Assembly (NCBI GenBank): GCA_964016885.1
Contig: OZ024742.1
Location: 47,244,001-47,308,000 of the forward strand
Direction of reading: 5' to 3'
DNA length: 64,000 bases
Source: Eledone cirrhosa
Taxonomy: Eukaryota
Both the position numbers and the translations under genes were made by a program. A model generated the notes under the pieces. That model did no database searches and was not told the DNA's origin. It saw only the letters and a list, made by a program, of their open reading frames with translations. This document shows positions 13,600 through 26,786 of this stretch, piece by piece (the stretch's first letter is position 1; each line of letters begins with the position of its first letter).

Positions 13600-16500
13600 G
13601 GCCACCTTCCTGGTTGCAAGGTTGTAAAAGAAAAGAAATTGTCATCCCTTGAATCGCAAGAATGTTTTGCAAATTTTGAAGGTGCCAGCTATCGCAGCCA
13701 CAGACTATGAATTAGGGAGCTGCGCTCTTTGTCCGCAAATCCAAGTTCCGTCATACTTTGGTCCTAGCGGGTTGGTATATAACCCGTAGCTCCAATAATG
13801 ATGTATATGAAGCTAAAGGTGTATCTTGGATACTTGATTTGTAAACTCCTTATCAATGGTCCGTAGATATCCTCCTTCTCCTGTATTTTTCTGACAACGT
13901 TTACATCAAGTGGGCAGCTGATCTCCACAACAGAACACGTTTTCAATGTATGGTCCCAAACAACAATATCAGGCCGGTTGTGCTTTAATTTGGTGGCAGT
14001 TTTTATTTTCAGGTTCCACCAGTATTCCTTAGTGCAATCTGTCTCAATATATTCTTCCTCGTTTGTTGTTAATTTTGTTTTCCGAAGTGCGTTCCAGATC
14101 GTTCTAGCTATCCCATCGTGTCTCATGGGGAGATAGTAGCGAGATAACATTCTTTCGCAGCTGGCAACAATGTGGCTTACATCCTCGATATTTGTTTTAC
14201 ATAGCCAACATTTATTGTCAGCTAATGGCCTTCCCTTTTGTGAAGCAAATATTTGGTAGGGAGTTATTGTTCCTGTATTGCATATAGATATCCCTCAATG
14301 TGTGATGTCATAAACTTGTCGGAACTCCATGCCAGGATTTTTGAGTGGTTTATCCCCTCTATGGTCTTTGCTTTACGTCTCAAGTATCCATGCTCAACTT
14401 TTTCTGTAAATTCGTCAATTTTTTCATCTTGTTTGAACATTGAATAGGATCTTCCGATTTCTCTGGGTGAGAGATTTATATCTATCAGCTTTATTCCATA
14501 TTTCTCCTCCAGATCAGTCGCTATTCTAATGATATTTTTTTTCATGCTCATAAACCTGGGCAAGATGGTTGCCAACCTTTTTCCTCTGTTGAGGGTGTTG
14601 CTTCAGTGTTAATATCCGGGTCTCATATGTTGTTAATATGGATTTTAGACCCCGGCCACCTTCCTTGCGTGAGAAGTATAGCTTATCCACATCACCATTG
14701 ATGTTAGAGTTCCCAGTAACACTGAGAAGTTTGCGAGTTCTAACATCCATCTCACTTAGTTCTTGCAATGACCAGTTCAGCAGGCCAAATGTTGGCGTTA
14801 GAATTGGCATAGCATAAGTATTGTGGGCAATGTATTTGTTGTATGCTGGCAGTTCTGATGACCATACTTTCTTTACTCTTCTGAGGTATTCGGTTCTGGT
14901 TCTCTCCTTATTTATGGGTCCATCATATCTTACATTCTCATCCTGTCCAAGATATCTGTAGTTGTCACCTGACTGTAGAGGTTGTATTGTCAGGCAGTTC
15001 ATCTCTAGATTTCTAGAGGACGGCACAGCTCTTCCACGTTTTACTGCCAAATATGCACACTTGGACTCACCAAATCGCATTTTGATGTCTGTTGAAAATT
15101 GTGTAATGAGGTCCAATTGTTTCTTGATGTCATTGATATTTGGCCCATACAACTTCAGGTCATCAACAAAGAAAAGATCGGAGATACTTCTGGACCCACT
15201 TCTTTGTCCACCTTGTTTCCTGAGTAGGTAAGATAGTGGATTTAGTGAGAGAACGAAGAATAGCACTGACAAGCTATCACCCTGAAAGATGCCCTTCTGG
15301 TAATGTATCTTATCAGTCTTAACTTGCTCCTTCTCACCTCTAAGGATCAAATTGATGTACCAGTTCTTGCTCAGGCGTTTAACAGCAGCTACCAATGGTT
15401 GTGGAACTTTGGCTAACTGTAAAGCCTTAATAATCCACCCATGAGGTACACTATCAAATGCTTTTTGATAGTCCAGCCACACCACAGTTAAGTTTCTGCG
15501 ATTCTTTGTTGTTTTTTCTTGAATCATTTTATTAGTTAGTAGGTGATCTATGCAACCCACACCTCCCTCTTTCCACCAGCTTGCTCAGGTGTTATGATGT
15601 TGTTGGTAGCACAGTGATCCTGTAAGAACAGGTTAAGGCACCCAGTATATAATTTATACATGAGGTTTTGGCAGGCTATTGGGCGGTAATTTTTAGCAAG
15701 GGTGGTTTGGCTATTATTGGGAATGAGGAGAGTAGTGGAGGTTGATAACCATCTGGGCAGTTCTTGTGTGCCTTTAATGGTTTCTGTAAACAGCCGTATG
15801 AGATCTTGCCGATAGAAAGTGAAATTCTTCAACCAGTATCCTGTAATGACGTCTGGGCCTGGTGATTTCCTATTCGACATTTTTTGTAGAGCTGTTTCCA
15901 GTATTGACCCATCTATGTCATATTGTTTTGTCTGGATATGTTGGCAGTAGTCATGTTCCAGTTCTTTTAGCCAATTAGTTTGTCTGTTGAATCCGTCATC
16001 CGTTTCCCATACAGATCTCCAGTAGCTCTCAACCTGTTCTTTTGAAGGGATGTCATTTACAGGGATTGAGCTTTTGCCACCGAAGCTGCGATAAACTGAT
16101 TTAGGATCTCTGGCAAACAATCTATTTAGCACTTGTCGTTTATGTGCTGGTGACTTATATTTTAGTCTTTCTGTTGTAGCTGTGAGTTGTTGTTTCAACT
16201 GGTGTAATTTGGAGTTCAAAGTTTTAAATTTTGTATCTCCAAATCGTCTCTCTAACTTTTGTTTTAGGTCTTCCTGGTGTCGGGTGAAGTTGCTCTCTAT
16301 GTTGCATTTCATAATGACTGCGTTGTGTGAGATACTTCGTGGCAGGGACAAAACTTTGCTTTTTAAATTTCGCATCCACGCTGGGTCAGGCTTTTTGTTT
16401 GTATCTTGATTTCGTGGTTTTAGATGTGGGTTATATGATAGAAATGTGACAGCTGAATCATATAACAAAATATTAAGCGTTTCAAATGTCGTTTCTATAC

Positions 16501-17130
16501 CTTTAGATCGTATAGCCTTCAGATAATTGCCAGCTATTTCGTTCACCGCTTCCAATTCCAATTTAGTGGATTCTTTACTGATTCTGGTGTTGTATGGTCT
16601 GTCACTCACATTAAGGCTGTGTATCTCTTGAAACATATCGTGCCATATCACTTGTAAAGTGTCCACAAGGTTTTGGTGTTCTGTTTTACCTCTTTGTTGA
16701 TGTGGTGACAATTACTACTAGAGTTAGCTGACCATTCTCGCTGTTCTTCAGTGGAGGTGGGATGGATTTCAGCAAATTGTTTGTGAGCTGTTCACTGTTA
16801 GATTTAGCTGGCCATTCTCTTTGTTTGTCAGTGGAGGTGGGGTGGTTGTCTACAAGGGCTGTATTTGTAGTATCACTCAATTCCGTTAGATGTATCAATT
16901 TACATCTAATAATACGTTTTGCCTGTTCATTTAAATGCTTTGGAGAAAAGTCTAATTCTGGGTGTTTGGAGTTCCATGAAGTTTTTAGCCTTTGCATAAA
17001 ACCGAACTTTTGGGGTTCAGATTGTTTGTATGCTTCATATAATTCTTCGTTAAGCTCGTAGCTCCACTGTATACAACGGTTGTAGTTGCGATTTGGTCGA
17101 AGGAGACTTGTACGTTTTGCCATGATGAGT
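13600..17130 (-). mobile_element. R4/Dong-clade non-LTR retrotransposon (RT plus restriction-like endonuclease), near full length, frameshifted
   Basis: Single long ORF in five pieces with KSPGPD, NYRPIAC, DYQKAFDSVPH, GIFQGDSLS, FVDDLKLY, YRYLG, CCHC (CWLC..EDVSHIVASC), RHD and NRPDIVVWD..VVEISCP. Flanked by (TATG)n at about 13533 and 17495. Confidence 0.9.
13764..17123 (-). pseudogene. R4-type RT-RLE ORF, disrupted
   Basis: ORF pieces 16686-17123, 15548-16711, 14526-15560, 14264-14575 and 13764-14150 are collinear. Confidence 0.85.
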
Positions 17131-17579
17131 TCGTCTATTCACTAATATTTTGTATTTATTTTTCAAACTAGTCGATGATCTTCTTTAAATGTTTCGACAA
17201 AGTTCTGTCAGAATCAAATTTAAAGCTTGAGTAATATTTCTTTTCAGTTAGTCTTTAATTCTACAACTGTGTTTTAAACGTTGTTCTTGAATCGTTTGAA
17301 TCGAGAAACCAAAAAAAAAACCCCAAAAAAACCCCGTTACTTAGAATATTTCTTTATGAATGTAATATTATATATAAAAACGCTGTATTTATATGTTAAT
17401 GTTTACGTATCATTCATATAAATAGGTGTTCTACAACTTATTCACAACATATTCACAGTTCAAACACTTATGTTTTTGTTTCTTAATCGAAAATATGTAT
17501 GTATGTGTGTATGTATGTACGTTAGTATGTATGTATGTGTGTATGTATGTACGTTAGTATGTATGTATGAATGAATATG

Positions 17580-17800
17580 TCAGGTCGCTGCTAACTAGCC
17601 GTGCCCATTCAGGTTTTGCGAAGCGCAACTCCTCTAGACTTGTACGGAAGCAGTTATTAATATATAATAGAGTCCCACTTATCATAGCTACAAACCTAAA
17701 ATTATACTCAGAGTAGATTATCTGAAGATGCCTCATCAGTTCAGCATAAATGTTCCTCTTTTCCTTAATCTTTAGCGCTCTATTGACATTTGCCGGACGG
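17580..17800 (-). mobile_element. Second R4-like RLE C-terminal fragment
   Basis: MRHLQIIYSEYNFRFVAMISGTL parallels IRSLQIKYPRYTFSFIYIIIGATG of the large copy. Abuts (TATG)n. Confidence 0.55.
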
Positions 17801-18635
17801 CTGCTTTCGTCTACTGTGCATGCATTCTTTTCTCTGTAACATATTTCTATGTCTGATTTGTTGTTGGGGTTCTATCGTCAACATTCCACTCATTCATAGT
17901 ATGTATGTATATGTCCCCCACATCACAGTAACCTTTTATACGCATATTCTCAGGGTTTATCCTTTCAACAGATTGCATTGCATAGTGTTTTTACCATCAT
18001 ACAATGCCTCATTAGTAGATAATATCGTGATGACATCTCTGGTCAGCTACTTGTGATCTTCGATGTTTATTCCGTAGAGTAAGCATGTCTTATCACATCT
18101 AGGTGATATGCTTGTTACCCTATGTCTTCTGTCCATTAGGTATTTCGTTATTACAACCTGTTATTGGATTGCAAAAGCATATCCTTCAAACTGAGAGCCA
18201 ACATACCAATTGTTGGTCCACAATGGATTGCGTTGCTTATTTATATTACTTTCATGTTGATGCTATATGGAATCATAGCCATACTGGATATTTTGCTGAG
18301 AAACATGCTGTGTTTCATCCATGGTTACATTACGGTATTTTTGAGCAATTTGTTTGGGCTTGAGATTTTGGTTATCATACAGAGAGTATTTCTCAAGGAG
18401 TGTTTTCCCAACTACTATGATGGTATCTGGCTCATGTAGACAAAACTGTTCTGTAAATATGGTTCGTAGACGTTATCGCGAGGATATGAAGCGACGCTCA
18501 AATACTTCATTGACTGACGTTACGCCTCTGACTCCCAGTTTACGTTTCAGGTAATACGGTCAATATCACTCTATGTATATATGTATATATGTAAGTATGT
18601 GTATGACTATGTATATATGCGTGTATGCATGCATG

Positions 18636-18705
<70 letters not shown>

Positions 18706-19318
18706 AGGTAACCAGCTGGTGCTACTAGTAACATGTATCCCAGTATAACCTGTCTCATGGTCGGGTCGTTGGCGACTAAACTGGCAACCCCACGAAGGTT
18801 TCTTGGTGAGGAGGGTGACTTTGGACATCCTGCAGGATTAAGAACAAAACCTGTCAAAGGGCAAAGGAGCCCTTAAGAGTCAATGGCCATCCTAAATCAC
18901 CGGGAGAGATGACCCCTTAGCCTTTGTTGAGGCAGAATTCTAAGAGAAGGAAAACTCTGATATAACACCTGCAACCCTGATGGCATCCAATGATGTTCAC
19001 TTGTTCTTCTTTTTGGTAAATATCATCTTGGTTAAGGGAGTGGGACTGACTTTGTGCAGTGCCTTTGCTCACTATAAAAGACTCATGGCACAGGCATTGC
19101 TTTATATCTGGAGATCTCTCTGCACTTGTCGTCACATGGTACCATGGGCCCAGCACTATGTGTCAATAATTGTCACAAGTGTAGTGTTTGTACCATAGTT
19201 CTCAAGTCGCTGGCTGGACTAAAAAGTCACACTCGTTCAGCGCATCGGTAGGGGTTCTCCTACATGGATATAAAGTAGTGGCCGTACTCGAAATGTGTTC
19301 GCAGCCACCATATATATA

Positions 19319-19358
<40 letters not shown>

Positions 19359-19374
19359 ACACACACACACACAT

Positions 19375-19417
<43 letters not shown>

Positions 19418-21490
19418 ACACAATCTATTCTGTTTTGAAGAGAATAATTTTAATATAGGCATCGTCCACCATATATATCCCTATATTTTCATTGTTTGTA
19501 TTGATGCACATCGTTAGTAGAAACTATAATTTTAAAACGAGTCTTGATATTATGCTTCCTCTACTGGAGATCAACAACACTATCCATTCCTAGAGGAATG
19601 AAGTTTTTCATGAGATGAATGAGAGTAATTATCGATGTTTAGTCATTTCTTACATTCCTTCTGTAATTGTATGAAACCGAATGTTCCATATAAGCCTTCA
19701 AGTTTAATCTATTTCAAGGATCTCATTTGATTTACGTAGAAGGCATATTATTTAACATACATCTTTCATAACGCTTGAAAAGATGAGAAATGGCCTACTG
19801 TTCTTCCATGTGTATTCTGACGCCAATTAAAATTACTATTGTATGTCAAAGATACAGGTAATTTTAGCCAAGTGTCGTTGACTTTCAGCTCACGATATCC
19901 GCTTCTAATAGTACAGTTATATTCGTTTAATCATATTAGTATTTGTGAAAGAATCAAGATCTCAGCATCCTTCATTCACTGGGAAGTTTGACGTTATTTA
20001 AGTTTATCTTTGTAGATTTGGTATTATTTTTATTACATGTTTTGCCACTTGAGGGATAATAACTATTTCGAAATAGGGAAAGGAATAATTATCACTATTC
20101 ACGTTTCACGTTTGCAATGTAATTTAATGCATATGATTCTGTGAAGTCCCTTACATTTCTAGTATGGAAATATATACAAAAATGTACAAAATGACATGGG
20201 AAACCGCAGTTAGAGTGTCACAGCATATAGGCAGTACAATTCAACATAATTGTGATAATTGGAAACATGTTCAGAATCAGTACTTGACTATTGAAGCGAG
20301 AAAATAGAAGATGTAACAATTTCTGATTGAAACATACCCACCCCAAAACAGCAAAAGAAACTACTCAAGTAACGGACATTGATTGGATATTATACTGTCA
20401 TTTGAGAGATTTCTGTGAAAGAAAAAAATGAAGGCATAGTAGAATGAGATCTACAGCTATTCTCTGGTAGAATAGAACCAAATGAAATCAGAATAATTCC
20501 ATTAGTCCATTCATATCAACAGAATTTTTTTCACGACTAGAATTTGAATTTGTTCAGTGATTGTCTAAAATTTCCCTTAACGGCTTCCGATTAAAAGCCC
20601 TGAGAATAGACTTTGAGCGGGCGGAAGCACCACGTTTCTCTTCACTTCTGACATTACTAAAGACACAGTAACTAATAAGTAAAATTTAAATGTTTAAATG
20701 TTGATGTTTCAAGATTTTGGACATGTAATACAAACATTTGTATAACATCCACTGAACCTCTATAATATGTGTGCAGGTACAAGTTTATATGTATATTATT
20801 CGTAAGTTTGGAGTACATACACTGTAATGTCTGTTTGTTGAATATCGTAGAAAAAATATGTATTTATGTTATTACGGTTGATTAAAATGAAGACGTTTAA
20901 ACCGTGTGGGTGTCTTCAGATTGGAGAAAGAAATATTTGAGAAGAAAATGATGAGATTTATACTTAATATTTGCTTTGAAAGAGAACATAATTCTTCCTT
21001 TATGGGATTCTGGGGCTGCAAGTTTAGAAATACAGGGAAAATCAATGTGAATGGCTAGCCATATATGTATGTGGCATACCCACATAGATATATGTATGTA
21101 TTTGAGGATGTGTTACATCCGGAATGCCAGAGTAGGTATAGAATGAGACTAAACAAGCTGCATGAGGGGAAAACACGATGGAAGTGAAGGAAAATACAGA
21201 GAAGGAGAAATTGAGTCAAAGAGAATCAGAGACGGAGGAGAGAATTATAACAACACTGTTTTCATCAAACCTGAGTGAAGGGCCAAGTGAAGCGTGTCTC
21301 CTCCATTATACAGTGCTAGCCATGACTCGACCGCGAAACCAATGTTAGCAGATACATGTTAACTGTATGAACCTATGTTTATACTAAATAAACTCTCGTC
21401 CAAAAGAGCACAGTTTTCCTTGATTTTTCATTTACAGATTTCTATCAACGTACACACACACACACACACATACACACACATACATACACA

Positions 21491-21554
<64 letters not shown>

Positions 21555-22344
21555 AGTTTGAAGAACAGACAGATAACATTTACCTAATTTTTTTTCTTAG
21601 TCCGGACAAATTAACTAAATAAATAATCGTGATAATGTTTCACTCCTTTTGAATTTGTTATTGGCGACTATCATATTGGAAAAAATCGGTCCTACCCGAG
21701 GAAATCGCTTGGTAAGCTTGATGCCTCATGGATAATCCAGCTATCTTACACATTTCCACATAACACAAGCGAAACTGTCGACAGTTGAGGTGAGAGAAAT
21801 ATATCGGTAAACATTTATCTATTATTTCTTCAAACTTTACGTAAATTAGTTAAATTTTATCTGTCTGTTCTTCAAACTTGTAATTTTTACATAGCTCTGA
21901 TTACCGATTATTTATTTAAATCATTCATTGAGCAACAACGTTAAAGGTGGGCTACACTCATATATGTATGTATGCTTAGGTTTAAATATATATGTGTTTC
22001 TGCATTAATAATTCACATGAATACACCAATTTCGCAATGGAAGGATTAACATTTATTATATAACTGACACGTGTATTGTTAATATGTACAGCATATCTAG
22101 AACCGCTAATCCGATGTTTTATTTTCTGAGAATTTGAAATATATTTGGCGTCAGCACTATGGCATATCAGCTTCTCAATCTTTAATACACGTTAACGTTT
22201 TATATATATATAAAGAGAGAAGGCGTGTCACTAAAGAGAAATCTAGGTTGTATAAATTTATAAACGCATCGAAGGATATTATGAAACAAAGAGATGTGAA
22301 TTTATAGAGGAGTGGCAGGCAATTTTAGCTGTCACAACTGTATC

Positions 22345-22527
22345 ATTAGCATTGATAGTAACAACAACATTGCTGCTTTGACGCATAGAGTTACGGCCCT
22401 AACCATTCTGAGTTCAAATCCCACCGAGGTTAACTTTGCCTTTCATCTTTACGGGGTCGATAAAATAAAGTACCAGTAATACACTAGCTAATTGCTGGCC
22501 TTGTGCCAAAAGTAGAAAGAATTATTA
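22345..22527 (+). mobile_element. tRNA-derived SINE
   Basis: B box GAGTTCAAATCC, central CTTTGCCTTTCATC..CGGGGTCGATAAAATAAAGTACC (resembles the MetaSINE central domain, from memory), 3' GGCCTTGTGCC..AGTAGAAA. Confidence 0.8.
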
Positions 22528-22958
22528 TTTTGCCATAAGACGGGGCTAACATAGTAAGCAGATATTGGTGCTGATTTTTTAGTAAAGTGTAGATCTTTGG
22601 CTATCGGTCAGTGTTGGGAAAATTTCACTGAAATTATAGAATACATTATCAGGCATTTGCAATAGGTAAACGGTTATGTTTTGCCTGTCGCGTGCAGTAA
22701 TAAAGAAACGGAATTGAGGTCGATGCTTGGTTTTATTTATGTGCCTAAGGGGTATGGTTGTGGGATTGGAGTTCATGCTAGCCAGGATTGTAATAGGGCG
22801 AAGTTTAAAATTGAAACCGTTTATAATCTTTATAAATAATATTTATTTATTAAATTATTGCGGTTATTATAAAGTACATTTCTAGTATAAATATATTACA
22901 AATACCCGTGTGCTCTTTGTACTGATCGGTAAATATAGACACACACACACATACACAT

Positions 22959-23062
<104 letters not shown>

Positions 23063-23463
23063 TTATGTATATATATATATAAAAATGTCAACTGAGTTTT
23101 TCAAATATTAATAATAACACTCGAGTTTTTCAAATATTAATAATAACACTCGATTCGTTTGCAATTATGCAAACATGCCTCATTTTTAAAGCCATGTCAG
23201 TAGAATGAACCCTTCATTCTTGCTCTTGTGTTGGCATGTAAATAGAACTGCAGACACTAATGTTTCTGGGTATGACCATTCATCAGTAAAGTTCACTGTT
23301 CACCTGCCAACTGTCAGAGCTAGTGAAAATATATGCTATTATCTAAGATATACAGTGACTGATCGGCCTGATTTGCATATTAGCTGACTGACTAATCAGT
23401 CAAATCTGCATATTAACAGATCCACTGATCAGCCAGATTTGCATATACATATATATATATATA

Positions 23464-23494
<31 letters not shown>

Positions 23495-23497
<3 letters not shown>

Positions 23498-23865
23498 AAA
23501 GGAATTCTAACTTTGTCTGATTTACTCGTTTTATTTACAATCCTTTAAAATTAAAATGGTATTAGAATGAAATAGTATATTACAATATTAAATGTTAAGT
23601 GTCAATTGAACAAGTAATTTCATGCTTTCGCAATCTTCAGGTTCATATACTGTGGTGACAGTCAAGTTTGCAATTGTCAACTGTTGAAAATGGCAAACTT
23701 GACTGTCACCACAGAATATGAACCTGAAGATTGCAAAAGCATGAAAGTACTTGTTCAATTAACACTTAACATTTAATATTCTAACATACTATTTCATTCT
23801 AATACCATTATAATGTTAAAGGATTGTAAATAAACGAGTATATCAGACAAAGTTGGAATTCCTTT

Positions 23866-23868
<3 letters not shown>
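23495..23868. repeat. Fold-back element (about 187-bp arms) with one HHR per arm
   Basis: Centre CAAC-T-GTTG at 23682. The arms end in TA/CA tracts. Confidence 0.85.
23718..23758 (+). ncRNA. Minimal type I hammerhead candidate (CUGAAGA core)
   Basis: TGAAC-CTGAAGA-T-TGC-AAAA-GCA-T-GAAA-GTAC-TT-GTTCA with palindromic stem III. Mirror copy on minus at about 23606-23646 has a GAAA loop II. Confidence 0.65.
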
Positions 23869-23932
<64 letters not shown>

Positions 23933-23933
<1 letters not shown>

Positions 23934-24143
23934 GTAATAATAATAAATTTGAAGACTAAAATCCAAAGAGGGCTCGATAAGGATAAATATATATCAAATA
24001 TATAAGAACCGTAGAGCAAATATTTATAAAAATAACAGATTAAAGTTTAAGCAAAGGATCGCTGCTTCCACCCTTAACGGGATCGTCAGAAGATCCCGTT
24101 AAGGGTGAAAGCAGCGATTCTTTGCTTAAACTTTAATCTGTTA

Positions 24144-24150
<7 letters not shown>
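23933..24150. mobile_element. Family B TA-flanked element folding back at its HHR core
   Basis: AAATTTGAAGACTAAAATCCAAAGAGGGCTCG...CCCTTAACGGGATCGTC-A-GAAGATCCCGTTAAGGGTGAAAGC. Further copies at 30565-30730, 41200-41280, 60900-61100 and 61697-61800. Confidence 0.8.
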
Positions 24151-24182
<32 letters not shown>

Positions 24183-26786
24183 AAAAAAAGTTGAAATCGA
24201 AAATGCAACTTTAGATATATATATATATATATTTCGTCTCTTCATCTTTACGCCTGTTCTCGCCACGAACAGACGTATTTCTCTTCGCCATCGTCTCCTT
24301 GTCTTTTTTTCCCCAATAACTTTCCAGTTATTGACGCACTGTGGATAGACGTATCGTCTTTGATGCGTCGAAACATCCAAGGCCCACAGCAGAAAACTGG
24401 AGAGGGGAACTGTTCTTTGTTTTTGTTTTCCTTACATTTCTAAACACTCGTGTTTAGTAACCACACAGCTCTTTCCCATTCTAAATTCATATATAAGTGT
24501 AAGTGTGCGTGGTTGTGCGTGGGTGTATGCGTATGTTTGGTTGTAATTATTGTCATTAAAAATATAAACTGGTTTATTATATCCTTAGTCCAACAACTAC
24601 ATTGTTTATAAGATATTCTAGACGAGAAGTTTTTCCCGTTCCTAAATGCTTATATCTATATTTCGCTCCAAATATTATGTCAATTACGCTACTCACTCCT
24701 TCAACAAAACTTAAATACAGACAAGAAATATAACACACATGCATAGTTTTAAGCAGCTTTAGTCTTCCTATCCGAACTAAAATTTCTTCACTCTGACCAA
24801 TACTCAACCCAATATTCATTCCACAATTGTTAGAAATTGCATCATAATACATATCAAAAGCTTGCCTAACCACAGCTATAGTCCCATTAGCGAAAATTGC
24901 CACCACTATAGTTGTCCTGGCGCTTACTATAAAGGTACTCTTATACGTTATCTTATTTTATTTAGAAACCAAAAATCATCCGGCTGCAAACCACTACCAC
25001 GTCACAACTCACAAATATTATCTCTTTCAAATACTTATAATAATACATACTTGTAAATATTTCTCTATGCTTATCAATATGTTTACATATAATTATATGA
25101 TGAAGTAAAAATTTCGTTTGATTAATTATTCGTTTTGTCTATTCTAAACCAATGCCTCTCGAGTGAACTATCTTTAAATCTAATCAATATTTAATAGCTA
25201 TTTCCTATTTAAAGTTATATATATTAATATTACATTAATAGTTGGGTAGGCTTCATATAATTATAAGCGTACACATAATGACTTTAGATTATCTACCTCA
25301 AAATAAAAAGAGAATACTTACGGTAACTAATGCGGAAAACATACCATCCACTTATCAGTAAATATAACATGTCTTTTATCTATAATGATATTGTTATATA
25401 CTAGAAGTGACTTTTCGATATAATGATTTCAAAATAAATATGAAACAAATATTTTGTGTTTCTTTTGTAATTATCTATTTCTCTTTGTTTAAACTCCGTC
25501 AAGTTAAATGTCTACAAGGTCAGTTGGTACAAATTATATGCAATTCCATTCCCTTGTAACACAATGATATATATGTCTTACAGATACATATTATAGAAAG
25601 ACGTCCTTAGATTTTAAATAGTTCCTATTTCTATCATTTGTATTTTATAATAACCGTACGTTTCACTTATTTGTCAAAATGTATGATTTAAAACAAACAC
25701 TCGAAGACAAAGGATGCGTATTTGTTGTTGTTGATAATGTGTGTTGCTGCTGTCGTCATTGTTGTTGTTATTACTATTTTTATTAAATTAATATTACTGT
25801 TATTATAATTGTTACTGTTGTTATTAGTATTAGTATTATTACTATTGCTGTTTAGCTTGAAGTTTGAGCAAACAAATAGTAGTAAGACATTCATCGTTGA
25901 TCTTCTTGTCTTATTTCAGATATACTGTATCTACGTCTATACGTTCGCCTCCTTTTCTTTAAGATGATCGCATATGGTTTGAGGCATATTTGGCTACTAT
26001 TTCTAATATATAAGAATAATATTTTGAAATTAAAGAAACAATAAATCACAAGTGGAAATATTTACTAGGAATCAAGGAGAATCCTTCCATCAAGGGAACC
26101 TTTTGTATAATTAATTGTCCAGCATGTAATAATCAACCAAATGGTTATCGCAAATCTGATATGTTCCCTAAAGATCCCAATTGTAAAGACATATTCACAC
26201 CAATCAATTTCGAATGGTCATAAGAAGAAATAGCAATCAAATTATGTTATCGTTTAATTATCACTACGATCTAGGTATCCACAAGTATATATCACAAGTG
26301 TATATCCACAAGTATATATCATATCCGTTAGAAAATGGTGTACTGATATGAAATGTAAATGAGAATTCTTTGTTCTGTCGAGTTCAAGAATCAATTGCCA
26401 CTTTCGCACCGGGAATATAATGAAGCAGTGACCTGTTACCAACGAATCTACTATTCACCAAATATCCTATAAGATACATTTTAAAGATAAAATAATTACA
26501 CACACATACACACAGGGAGATATATATGTAACATAATATATATATAAGTATGCATGTATACGTACATACATATATGTATACAGACGTACAGTAGCATGCA
26601 CATATATATATACATATACATATATACATACATATGCATACAGGTACACATACATATATGCACGTATCAGTTTAGCGGCGCTAACGTCGCTTTGTTCGTT
26701 TGTAAACAAACTGAACAGCCTGAATTTATGCCATACGGTGTTAAGGCAACCACGTCACCTTTTTGTTCAACACTGACACAGGAACG

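Noticed and set aside
24577-24906. 109-aa ORF
   Set aside because: No recognisable motif or splice support.
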